A stretch of 64,000 nt of DNA from Vermamoeba vermiformis (lineage: Eukaryota), in NCBI GenBank assembly GCA_045837725.1, contig JBEWZL010000179.1, forward strand, positions 496,001-560,000, in the 5' to 3' direction. The notes beneath the pieces are model-generated. The model was not told the origin of the DNA. It made no database searches and worked only from the letters and a program-made list of their open reading frames with translations. Shown in pieces: positions 25,910-38,349 of this stretch. Made by a program: the position numbers and the translations under genes. Each line of letters starts with the position of its first letter. Position 1 is the first letter of the stretch.

Positions 25910-26207
25910 TTTGTCAAAGTAATAAATAAAGTGATGTTGCTTGACTTAATAAATTTACACCAGCACGAGCAGTATGGGACAAAACGGGACGATTTGTCAC
26001 CTCGCAACTAGCAATGTCTTGGAATTGTATGTACGAACACTTGTTTCATCAGCACCGACCTGAAGTACGGATGTACCAGACGAAGTTGCGTTACGTTGCT
26101 CTTGCTCACAAGGTCCAGGTAAGCTAACAAATTACTTAATTACTACAGTTGCAATTACTATAAAGGCTTGCACCGTTATCAAAATAAGAAATTGTTGCAA
26201 GGTTTGT

Positions 26208-27602
26208 TTATTGGATCCGACTGCTTTCCAATAACCGCAAGAATTTTTGCCTTTCCCTCTTAATCATCGCATTATATCGCCACTGTCCGTATAATTCACC
26301 AATCGCCTGGCCGAAAAGCAGACGTCCAAAAGTTACAGCGAGTCTCGTGAGAGGCAAGATCCACAACTTCCACGTGGCCATCGATTTGATTGTTGCAATT
26401 AATGTTGCTTTAGGTGAGTCCTGCCCGAGAAGCGCTCGCATGAGGAACGATGTGAGAGGCACTGACGCGAGCTACAATACGACAACATAAGTCCAAAGGT
26501 ACTGACTGACATGATTTTTGATCGTGAAATTTTTTGTTGGCACGTGTCACGATCTTCATCGATTATCTCCTTCATTCAGTGAATATAAGATATGGGCACA
26601 AACGCATTTTCGTTCAGTGAACGAGTGACACGTGTCATCAAAGAGGACTGGCATTACTGTCTTAGCACTATGAAACTACTTACGCCTAGCGTAAAAGCTG
26701 CTTTTTTGTAGTGTCTGCCGCGCACGATATAACGGTTAATGGAATTGCGAAACGCTGTCTGTTTGGTGGCTGGCATTAAAAATATTAGTACACAAACAAT
26801 ACATATGTAGTACTTACTAAATATAGACCATCCCGTCAGCCATCGATATACGCGGCTTTGATCAGGTATCATTCGTGCCTCAAAAAAAGCCGTGGCTGAG
26901 GTTGCGATCCAAACGATCCAATCGTCCAACAAGGGATATCGGTGCGGAATATAAGTCGCATTGAAAAACAACATAAAAATTTCTTTGATAAGACCATCGA
27001 AGAGACTAAAAAATCCCTGTGCTTTGATTATATTCATTGCTGTTTTGAACGGATTTGCAGTTGGCGCCAAAGGCGAATCCGTTACATGAAAGAGTTCGAT
27101 CTTCGCTATTGGGATTTTAGTATTAATATAATATATGCAAGGCTGTCTTACTCAATACTGAAGTCATTAGCATATAGGCGCCTTGAATGGCCCAACTCGG
27201 CACTTTTAAATTTATAGGCGGAGGTGATTGGCTGATATTAATTCTAATTTAATTATTAGCTTTGCATATTAATATTAATATTCTCATTTTACCCGCAAGC
27301 TCTCCATGCGGCGCGAAGTCTCGCAAGACCTTTCGAATTTACCTTACAATTTTTAATCAGCGTTGAAAATTCTTCCTCAGCCCATACAAGGTTATAAATA
27401 TTAGGGTGGTTATACCTGTATTATTTACTTAATTATAAAACATTTTTGACGAATTTTAAATTTTCACTCACCAAAGACAATCGTCTTCTGATATCCTATT
27501 GAGTTGCTTACTAACGGTTGCTATGTTACACACATCCCTATGATCTAGGTGCTTAAATATGTCGAGTAGCAATTCGTCACTTAACTCAGCCAATGTGCTC
27601 AT
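26208..27602 (-). CDS. F-box protein with a membrane, mitochondrial-carrier-like C-terminal region; tandem paralog B
   Basis: MSTLAELSDELLLDIFKHL..VSKQLNRISEDDCLW; NPFKTAMNIIKAQGFFSLFDGL; TWKLWILPLTR. Exon layout parallels paralog A. Confidence 0.7.
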
Positions 27603-28462
27603 GATTAAATTTGCATTAAAATGAATGGATCGGGTGGACGCGAAGGTAGAAACCTATAATTATCAAGATTACCTCTTACGAAAGGAGGTGCCAATAAGGG
27701 CACACACACTACAAATGTTTTGGATAGGCGAACGTATGATAGAATAGCGGCGCAAGCCGTGAAACATGCAACAATAAGTGACGGTGCTGTAATGGGACAC
27801 GACTAGTTACGAGACCGGTACCATCGATTGCACAACTGCGTACATACCTAATAATTCACAGTGGACTAATGTCCCAAATGTGGAGCGAAGATAAATAAAA
27901 TTCAATTTCGAAGCCGTGACAGCGCACTCTCCCCTTTGTTGCAATGGCGTTTTTTGGTCAATGATAGATTCTTCGTACATTTCAATAATGAAATCTGCCA
28001 ATTAGCGCGCTTAGCTCCGGTTCTGGTGGTGGATCCGGAGAGGCAGACTTCCGTATTAGTTCTAACAGATCAATTGGTACAAAATGCAAGTAATTCAATG
28101 ACATGTGCGGATTGGAACACATAATTAAACTCGGAGATTGTGAAATGGGACAAAATGTACGGAAATCAATGGGACAAATAACGGGACAAGGGTGCAGATG
28201 CCTTTTATGGAATGGACCTTGGTCTCTTGTCGCATTAAGTGTTCAAGTCCCTTTAATGTGACCATTAAAAAGATATTTAAACGCAGAAACGAACGAAGAT
28301 CAGTTTTTTTCTTCCTCGTTCGTTTGTGACCAAAGATCCGATCCATCCTTGAGCAGAACCAAGTCCTGAGCTCTTTCATGATACATGTGGTGCATTATTA
28401 TACGTGCAGAAAGTTTATAGAAATAATTGTTCTGTAGAGGAGAAAATTCATGCTCGTCGACA

Positions 28463-31400
28463 TTATTGTGAGTTGGATCTTCCAAAGGTTACAGTTCCTT
28501 TAGGAAACAACGTAACGATAACGCGGTCATTTTGGTGCACAATATAGAAGTCATAACCGTCTGGCATATTGAGTCGTAATCTGCTCAGCACCTCGTTACC
28601 GCTGCCAACCAGTGTTGTGTTTGCTTCGTCAAACGGAATCAAATTGCAAGCTGTTATTAAAAGCGGGTTCTGAGGCATAGAGTAGAACTCGAATAGGACG
28701 AATTGATCTCGTTTGAACGCTTGGCAGTGCATTCTGAGCAAGGAAAAAGTGACGTGCAACACCTTCTGATTAACGAAGTCGTATTCGACTGTGAATGGCG
28801 GGTATCCCTTGAGTCCTTTGTCTTTGAACACCACGAGCAGATCTTCGCCCAAGAACTTGCTCAGTGTTGCTGACTTGGCTTTGTCAACTGATGTCCACGA
28901 GTCTTCATCGTGTCCGTTCATTTGAACACTCATTTGCGGCTGTGGAAGTGGCTGCTGCTGAGGTGTCATTTGGCTAAGTTGCGGCTGCATTTGACTGAAA
29001 AATTGAGGTTGCTGCATTACAGGCATGAACTGAGCAGCTCCTGTCATTTGACCAAGTTGAGATTGCTGTACCTGAAGCTGTGGTGATTGGTTCGGATGTA
29101 GCAGCTGAGCTGGTTGATGAGAGTACGGAGACCGCACTTGATGGTATTGCGGCTGTGAATACTGGCTCGTTTGTTGTAACAACTGCGCGTGCGGATTTTG
29201 TTGTGCAATCGGAGCGCTGTAGGGATACGGTTGATAGACTTGCGGGTACATCGGACCATTTGGAGTGGTATAGTGATTCGCCACTGAAGCATTAGTGTTT
29301 GACGCAAGAGGCAACGGGGTATTGTGTTCCAAGCTGGGATTAACTGGGCCAGGGTTGGGTGACTGCTCTGAACGAGAAAACGGCGTAATGACCTTGGGTG
29401 TGACAGCGCTGTCGCTCTTGTTCAATGATTGACCGTTCGGAGTCTGAGACATTGTCATGTTCGATGCATTGCCTGATTGCGCGAGTCGTTTTTTCTCCAA
29501 GAACGCTGCTTTCTTTGCTTCTTTTTCCTCCAGCTCAGCTTGTTTCTTCTTATGCAACTCTTCGTCTTCGAGTTCTTGAATCATTTCCTCGCCAGTAACC
29601 GCTCCTTGCATCGTGTTCACGTAGGAGTTGTTGTCACTGCAATAGCGGATGAAATTTTTCCACATTAGCTCTCTGGCTAATAATCTGCTATTGCCGACAA
29701 CCACAACGAGTGCAACAGCTGAGTTTCGATAATTAGACCTGTAAGTATTATTTAGTATTCCTACCTCGTGATATAGCTGTGTTAAAACGCTTCTCATCAG
29801 CCACAAAGCCGATGTTGTGCTGGTGATCGAATTCGAGTAAATTGACGTCGCTCCGGACAGTACTAATAAATATAGCCTTGAACTCTCGCCCCTGCAGCGC
29901 TTCAGTTGTTCCAACTTCGACATAGCCCAAGCCATACTTTCTCATCAATGCAATTATCTTCTGCGTCTGTTTTCTTGACGCCGAAACAACGCAGATATCT
30001 TCTTGCCGGAGATTTCGTCCCATCTCGTTCAGGAGATTTTTGACGAGTCTGGCAACAGTAATAGCCTCGTCTAAGTTAAAATAAGACGGACTGTCGGCCT
30101 CTCGATCTTCTTTCGAATTGTCTAACGCGTAAAACAAGAACGGGAAAGTTTTTGTGGTGCCTTTTTTGGACCATTGTTCTAGCGCTCTATACTCTTCAGG
30201 TCCTGTAAACAGTGTCAGATATTATACAAGCCATCAGGTACACGTACTTGTGCAACATTTCAAACTCTTCTCGTAGAATTGCGATGACAAAAATTCAATG
30301 ATAGCAGGATGAGAGCGGTAGTTTCGGACCAATTTGGCGCAGACTAGCGGATTTGGCTTTCCAGATCCAGTGCGGTATAAAGGCTCCGATGACAAGCGCT
30401 ATATAAAAATAATCAGATTGACAGTGTTGGCGGCATGTAAACGAACCTCCATGAGTGACTTGTCAAGCCCATGATGCTTCGCGATTCGACTGAAGATACG
30501 AGGACTGGTCTGCTTGTTATCACCGGCCAATAGAATAGTCGTCTTCTTAGAGGCTAAGCACAGAGGCACACAAATACCTGGCTCAGAGAACTCCGCAGCC
30601 TCGTCAATCAGAATGTGCGTGAAATGATTGGAGCCAACTCCAATGCCGTGCAACAGAGCAGCTAGTAACCACGGATTAATGCCTGTTATTCATGGTACGT
30701 GACTTACCATTATCACCGGTCGAAAGAATCACTTTGTAGCCACGAAGTATTTCTATCTCAGGTGGTACAAAGATGCCTTTCTCTTCGTCCCGAAGGGTAT
30801 AGTCGATGATATCGCCAATACGATCTACATTTATCTATTAGTCTTGACTGACTATGCGCACGTGGATACTTACTGGGATTAGCGTTGAAAGAGAACAAGC
30901 GGAAAAGTTCCTTGTTCGACATGGTCTTCATCAGTTCCTGGCATATTTTGTTCGTGCCACTGATGGCTTGTTAGAGCTAATATTAGCACTTAATTAGAAC
31001 ATACCTGTTGGAATGAGCACAAATGAGGATTCGGCAATCAGGCTCGAGCAACAAGACCTGTCTCGCGTACTCGATCAAGCACTTGGTTTTGCCCGTGCCA
31101 AATGGACCGAACAACAGGAACGGAGCAGAACCATTGGTCTTGTTTAGCATGCTTACAATAGCATTGGCTTGCTCAGGGTTTTGCGGTATCTGCTTATCGT
31201 GCCACTTGATATCGTTCTGACGGTACCATCGCCCCTGCAACCACCGTCAATACCAATAAAACTACAAACTTTCCTACCCTTTCTTGCGCCGCAATAGAGG
31301 CGTTTGAGGGCCAAAGGAAATCAATGTCAATCGTCGCAACAGCGCGATGCCAAGTTCTCATGTGCAAGCGATCAAATCTGAAGCGCACGTTGAAGAGCGA

Positions 31401-33111
31401 GTCAGGCATAAAGACCTCGTGAAAAGATTGATCAAACAAGACTAGGATTGACTTCTCTTTAACCCTACAAGATAATGTTGGTCAGTCAAGCGATTGAACT
31501 AACTTGAAATTGGTCTTACTTGACAACGCGGCCTTCATAAGCGTGGTCTGTCGCACCTGACAACCATACCAAGACGTAGTCGTTGTATAATACAGATGGT
31601 CTATTATCAGCCAGACCAGGTACGGCGATCTCGGAGTACTTCAGTTGAGCGTCAAGTCGCATGTCATTGAGAACTTCCTGGTGTGAAATTTGCGGAATGA
31701 CGACGTCTCTTAGGTCAAACCGATGCGATCTTTTTTCTAGCTCGACCTCTTCAAACCAGAGAAGTTGGTGAAGTCTGATGAAGCGTCAATAGGTGATGGG
31801 AATTAAGTGACAAAGTACCTCTCTTTCCACTGTTCTTTCGACCGCCACGGATTGAAGTCAGGGAAGGTATCCTTTTCCATGAGTATTCTGTGAATCTCTG
31901 GAGGCACTGGGTACATCTCTAAGCCAACGATGTAAAAGGTCTCGACCTTTGTATGCACGTGAGACTTGCTCGCTTTTTCAATGGGCGGTGCACGAATGAT
32001 GTCTGCAGGAACAGTCAAATCATCTCGTTCTTTGTACTCGCCTTGTTTTGCGATCAATTTCATGTCGTCGAGCGATGACACGTTGAATGTCAGTGGGTAA
32101 GGGTAACGAAACTTATCGGTCTCCACGATCAAAGAGGCGGAACAGGATGCTGCCAAAGGGATCAGAAAAGATAACTTGGAGTAGGTTCTTTGGCCACGTA
32201 CCAGGCTCGGTCAATTCGTGTTCAAAAACAACGTCAATTTCCAAGTCCGCGTACGGTCCAAGAGTTCGCGGTAATTGGATCCTTTTCGTTCGGCATTTGA
32301 AAAACAGTCCAGATGAAGAAAACCCGATGTACAAGATCTTCTTGGGATTGATGGTCTTGTTGGAGATGATGACCTTAAAGTTGAGCTTTCGCACCGACAG
32401 ATCAATGACCTGCAATAATTAGAAAAATCGATTAGATAACCGTTCAATTAGTATACTCACTTTATCGCTAGAATGCCCGTCAACTCGAAAAGCCAACACT
32501 TTTTGCTCGTCAACATTAACTGTTTTGTTGATTAATGCAATTTTTGCGGCCTCTTTTTTGGGATCACTAACTTTCGCTGCTTTCATTTGCAACTTTCTTC
32601 TTTTTGCAATGACTCCATTTTTCAGTGCCTTAAGACGGTTATTATGAATTGCTTAAATTCAAATATGCTCCAAAAAAGTACCCTTTGCTGCTCATCCGGA
32701 GATGCGAAAGTCACAAATGCACGCATTGACGAAGGATTAGCTGGATTGTTGACGATTCGAATATTAAAGACTAAAGTAGGAATCAATATTCAATCAGCGC
32801 GGAATAACTTTCATTTAATTCAATTACCTTTGTACGCAGCAAATGCCTCTTGGAGGTCTGCACTCGTTATTCCATTAAGATCAAAAATAATAACCTCATA
32901 ATTGCTGAAACTAAAAAACAAACGTCAGATCGAGTCGCAAAAAGCTGGCCTTAGCTTCGCAAATAAATTTTCGGCAATAGAATTTAAAAAATTAAAATGA
33001 AAATAAAATAAATCTCATTTTTAATAAAAGAACTCGAAATAATAAAAAGAATTGAATTTGCAAGTTTAACCCTGGTATAGGAACTCACCTTTCTTTTTTG
33101 TTTTTCTCCAT
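28463..33111 (-). CDS. MOV10: MOV10/SDE3/Armitage-like SF1 RNA helicase, tandem copy 1, with an N-terminal RRM-like region and a Q/P-rich C-terminus
   Basis: LLWFEE, VPGLADNRPSVLYND (MOV10 signature), FGPFGTGKT, CAHSN, FTHILIDEAAE, GDNKQ, LVRNYRSHP, SPSYFN, LQGRE, RFNTAISRA, VVGN. Confidence 0.9.
28793..29035. repeat. Highly similar ~240-bp tract shared with 33621-33856 between the two helicase paralogs
   Basis: Both encode QFMPVMQQPQF..QMSVQMNGHDEDSWTSVDKAKSATLSKFLG..FKDKGLKGYPPF with long identical DNA runs, e.g. gaatggcgggtatcccttgagtcctttgtc. Confidence 0.9.
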
Positions 33112-33275
33112 ATTCAATCGAAACCTTCCGCTTGCTGCTCCACCGTCGGGCGATATCTGTTGTGGTGTTGCAAAAAGATAGTTACGAAAATGAAATTTCC
33201 TCCCTGAAACTGACGGAAATTTTTTTGCCGCTGACCTGAAATAATATCTATTTATGTGATCTACCTTACATGGAT

Positions 33276-36200
33276 TTAAGAATTGCCAAAGATCATCGGA
33301 TACTGCATTGCTTGTTTTCTGAAGAAAATAAACAGCGAGTGGTCGTCTGACTGCCATGTCGACAGCGTGTAGTAGTCAGGCACGTTGATTTTGATCTTGC
33401 TAATCAGCACGTCATTCTCCATTGTTTCAGCAGATATGTTAGAGAACGGTATGATAGAAGGCGTCGCCGTCAACAAGTTGAATCCTCCAACGTTGGGCGG
33501 AATCATTGACACGAACTCTATGAACATTGTCTTGCCGTCCGAAGTGCGTTGTGGTGCCGAGTTGCGCAAGAGGAACTTGGTGAAGCAAATGCGCAGTTCC
33601 GTCTGTCCTTCAATCACGCAGAATGGCGGGTATCCCTTGAGTCCTTTGTCCTTGAACGCCTCGATCAGTGTTTTGCCCAAAAACTTGCTCAGTGTTGCTG
33701 ACTTGGCCTTGTCAACTGACGTCCATGAGTCTTCGTCGTGTCCGTTCATTTGAACACTCATTTGAGGCTGTTGAAGTGGTTGTTGAGGCGTCATTTGATT
33801 AAGTTGCGGCTGCATTTGACTGAATTGTGGTTGTTGCATTACAGGCATGAACTGAGCCGCTTGTTGTTGCTGTAACAACTGAAGGTGTTCGAGTTGCTGT
33901 TGCATTTGAAGCATTTGCGGGCTCGGTTGTAATGGCGGCAATTGTTGGGCTTGCGGCAGAACTTGACCAACAGGCTGCAAGTTGGTTAGCGCGCCCAGAG
34001 TAGGACCTTGCTGCTGTTGCGTTAACGGCTGTAATGGCTGCACAGGCTGTGGGGTTTGGACGAGCACAGGTTGGTTCCACGGATTTTGCACGGGAATGAC
34101 AACATTGCTAGGGTTAGCAACTCTTTGCAACAGTTCTGAAGACGCTGACAGAGGATTCTTTGGCGTTGCAGGCGGTACCAAGGTAGCACTCTTGCTTAAC
34201 GGGGAGGGTGTCGCAGAGGGTTGTAAAGGTTGTGGTGGAGGTACGTTGCTGGCAGAAGTCGAGAGTTGGCCAGGACGGAACTCCGGCGACGAAGTTTTCA
34301 ACTCCAATTTCTTTGCCCTAGCAGCAGCTCTAGCCCTCTCTTTAGCTTCCACCTCTTTGAGTCTTTGCTCTTCTCGCTTGATCTCCTCTGCTTCTCTGAT
34401 GGCTTCTTCAGCCTTCCATTTCATCGCGTTGTTCACCAAGTCTTCGCTCTGAGACGGGTCTTCGCCGTTCAACGCAGGGAAAGAAACGTTATTATTGCTC
34501 GTAGCAAGGAACTGAGCGTCTTCCTCTTCCTCTTCGTCCTTCACTTTCGGATCATGCATAAAGTTCAAGTAGGAGTTATTCGTGCTGCAGTAGCGAATCG
34601 TTTTGGCCCACACTGGCGATCTTGCTAGAATTTTGCTATTGCCAACAATGACGACAAGTGCGACGGCTGCAGAGAAACATATGAGCGAATTGTATCAATA
34701 GAAAATTTGGACTAAGTTACCTCTAGACAGGGCCGTATTGAAACGCTTTTCATCTTCCATAAAACCTACGTTGTATTGACGGTCGTGATCCAAGTACGTG
34801 GCACTACTGCGCACAGTGCTCATAAATATAGCTTTGTATTCTCGGCCTTGGAATTCTTCCGTTGAAGCGACATTGACACCCCTCAAATCTTTCTTTCTCA
34901 TTAGTTGTCTAATTTTCACGCTCTGTTTGTGCGAGGCCGTCACAACGCACACCTCCTCTTCACTGATTGTTCGTACTTGGTCCAACAAATTCTTCACGAG
35001 ACTGCAAATAGTAATGGCTTCATCAATGTTAAAGAACGAAGGGCTGTCTTCTTCTCGATCTTCTTTTGTATTGTCGAGGGCATAGAACAAGAACGGAAAA
35101 TCTTGTTTGGTTCCTCGTTTGTTCCATCGCTCGAGCGAGGTGTATTCTTCCTTGCCTAATTTGAAAGTTTACAAACCTATTGGATTGCAAGTAACAATGA
35201 CTTCAACTTACTAGTATAACAAAGTAATTTGTTATCGTAGAATAGCTCGGACAGGAACGAAATGATTTTCGGATGTGAACGGTAATTTCTGACCAAGTTC
35301 ATGCACACTGATCGATTGGTTTGACCGCGATAATAATCATTTGTAAGTAAACGCTAAGGGATTAGTTTCAATCAAGCGATTTAAAACTGTAAGTACGTAC
35401 TTCCATGAGCGATTTATCAAGTCCGTGGTGCTTAGCAACTCGACTGAAAATACGAGGTCCAGTCTGCTTGTTATCACCAACGAGGAGAATCTTCGTGGTC
35501 TTAGAGGCCAGGCACAACGGGATAGCTGCCTCAGGTTCCATCATTTGCGCTGCTTCGTCGATCATGATGTGCGTGAAGTGATTACGACCGACACCAAGAC
35601 CGAAGATTGTAGCACCTGCAAGTTGATGGATAATTAATTAGCTGCTTCGGAGCAGCGGGTGAATCTTACTGTTATTGGCCGTTGAGACTACTACACGATA
35701 TTTTTTCAATTCTTCGCGTGTAGGAGGAATGTAAATGTCATTTTCTTCGTCGCGACGGGTGTAAGGCAAGATATCGCGCTCAACTGATCAAAATTCGGTT
35801 AATCTCGGCTATAATAAACCTGAAATAGGTAACTTACTTCTCTTTTGGTTGAACGCATACAAGCGGAACATTTCTGTCGGTTTTAAAACGGACATCAATT
35901 CCCTCGTGATCTTATCAGAACCACTATAAAAATAGGCATTAGATACGTTATCATTAGAAATGTCTGTATTACCTGTTAGATTGAGCGCAAACGAGTATTC
36001 TGCAGTCCTTTTGTAGAGCAAGGACTTGCTTTGCGTACTCAACAAGACTGCGTGTTTTACCGGTTCCAAACGGGCCGAAGATCAAGTACGGCGCGCTTCC
36101 GTTAGTTCCGTTAAGCATATTAACGATGGCCTCAGACTGTTCGGGATTGGCTTTGATTTTCGTGTCACTCCAACGCAAGGTTTCAACGGAATATTTCTTA

Positions 36201-37946
36201 GACTGCAACACGCGTTAGAGCTCCGTATAAATCTGATTAATAATGTTACGTACGACGTGCTCAGGAATGGAGGTAGGCCAAAACAAGTCCATGTCAATAT
36301 TGTCAATAGCGCGATGACGAAGTCTCATTGGCATTCTGTTGAATCTGAAACGGACATTGAAGAGTGTGTCTGACTTGAATGTGCGATGGAAATCCGTATG
36401 GAACATCACTAAGATGGACTTCTCTTTGACTCTGCACGAACGGTCAGTAAGTCAAACGACGAAGAAAGAAACTTTACGTACTTGTAGACCCAGCCTTCAT
36501 AAGCGTAATCAGTGCCTCCCACAGGCCATGCAAATACATAGTCGTTGAACAAGACTGATGGCCTGTTCTCAGCTAGACCAGGCACGGTAATCTCGGACAA
36601 AATGTCGCGCGTGTCAATGCCGTAAGTCAAGCCTTCTTCCCAAGGGATCTGCGGGATAGTCACATCTCTCAAGTCGTATCGATGCGACTTCTTCTCTTGC
36701 TCGACCTCTTCGATGTACAACAACTCATGCAATCTAAAACGAGTCAATACGGCACGTGAAAAATAGCGATAAAGTACCTCTGTTTCCAGTTGTCTTTGAA
36801 CTTCCAGGGATTGAAGCCAGAATAAGTATCTTTGTCCATCACTTGCTGATGAATGTTATCAGGCACCTCGTACATTCCTAAGTCCTCGACGTAGAAAGTC
36901 TCAGCTGGGGTATGAAAGTGCGTCTTGCTTTTTCGCTCGGGTGGGAAGGCCGGAATAATTCGGTCAGGGAACTCCAATTCAGCTTTTTGTTTGTAATCCC
37001 CTGTCTTTTGTAACAACGCAACGTCATCTAGCGCCGATAGATTGACGATCAAATGGTACGGGAATCGGTACTTGTCGACTTCGATGGTCAATGTTTGCAT
37101 GCAATTGGCTACATTAGTAAGATTAGTCCCTCGTATATAGGCTTGGTTATTAATACGTACCAGGGTGGTCCAATTCATGGCTGAATACAATATCAATATC
37201 TACTGCACCTGAAGGCGGGATCTTGGTCTTATCATAGCGCTTCGGAATTTCGAATTTGAAGAACTTGCGCTGGCCTTGCATGCGCACGTAGTTCAAAGTC
37301 TTCGCTAGACCTGTTTTATTTTGAATTCTGACCTTGAACTTGAGTTGTTTTTGAGACAGATCTATCACCTAAAAATGGCATTGCGGAGAATTAGGCAACA
37401 CGGCGGAGAAAAATTTAACACGGCGTGCATTACTTACCGCATCAGCGGAGTGCCCTACTAATGTTATGCCTACTATTTGTTGTTGATCGATATTTTTGGT
37501 CTTTTTAATGCGCTCTAATAGCCGCTCGTGTTCAACTTGATTTTTAACTTTGGCGGGCTGCATAACTAAATATTTGCCATTTTTGTCGCAATAAAATGAC
37601 TTTTGGTCTAGTAGCTAATATAATAACGTTAATAAAATTGCGGAAATTTTAAATCTTTCTTACTTCCTGTACGACTGCAGGATCGCGAAAAGTTAAAAAC
37701 GCAAAAGGAGGCTGTTGATCAATAAGGAAGGATTCAACCACTAAATAATATTAATATATAGTATAATATAATAATAAGGCTCTTACAATCGTAGTCTGCA
37801 AAGATTTCTTCGAGATCAACCTCGTTCAAGCCATCAATATTCTTCAGCCAAATCTGATGTTCGCTGACTTTAGGTTTATTCTCTTCCCTTGGCTTGGGCT
37901 TATTTTTATTACTGCTTTTGCTGCCGCTAGTGCTCCAATCTGACAT
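33276..37946 (-). CDS. MOV10: MOV10/SDE3/Armitage-like SF1 RNA helicase, tandem copy 2, with an N-terminal RRM-like region and a Q/P-rich C-terminus
   Basis: LLYIEE, VPGLAENRPSVLFND, FGPFGTGKT, CAQSN, FTHIMIDEAAQ, GDNKQTGP, NYRSHP, SPSFFN, EEFQGRE, RFNTALSRA. Confidence 0.92.
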
Positions 37947-38349
37947 TCTAAGGTTTTATGTCAGCAACAGAATAAGAATTATTAAAAAATATTAGTAAAA
38001 AATTAGAGTCGGACTTAATATGCATTTTTATTGATACCAAGACTCAGCATAATATTTTCGTTATATTTGTAAATTTAAATATTTAATCAAAACGGAATGA
38101 GATCTGATCTTGCTACAAATCAATTTGAAATTCGAAGAAATACGCTAGTCATGGTACCTGCTATCTCCAACTGAATATCCTAAATTTACGTATACTATGC
38201 TACTGCTGGTTCACAATGAAAAAAGAAAGTTCAAAATTCAAACCAAAAAAACATTTGATCCCAAAACAGACACAACATCAACACTTCATATTTATCTGTC
38301 TTTTTTATTTATCTATTTATTTGCTTAAGCAACAAGCCAGCACAGCGAA

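Noticed and set aside
27671-27689. Hairpin acctcttacgaaaggaggt as an ncRNA or ribozyme
   Set aside because: A single 7-bp stem with no supporting conserved boxes or hammerhead core.
27807-28485. Short ORFs between F-box paralog B and helicase copy 1
   Set aside because: No motifs or coherent exon chain; likely UTR or intergenic DNA.
33385-35159. Plus-strand ORFs opposite the helicases (and similar ones opposite the LRR, eIF2-gamma, kinase and M13 genes)
   Set aside because: Antisense shadows of real minus-strand exons, with no independent motifs.
3090-37946. Tudor + LOTUS/NYN + MND1 + MOV10 as a functional germline or piRNA-like gene cluster
   Set aside because: The genes are separated by unrelated housekeeping genes, and there is no Piwi/Argonaute or shared regulatory signal; co-location alone is insufficient.
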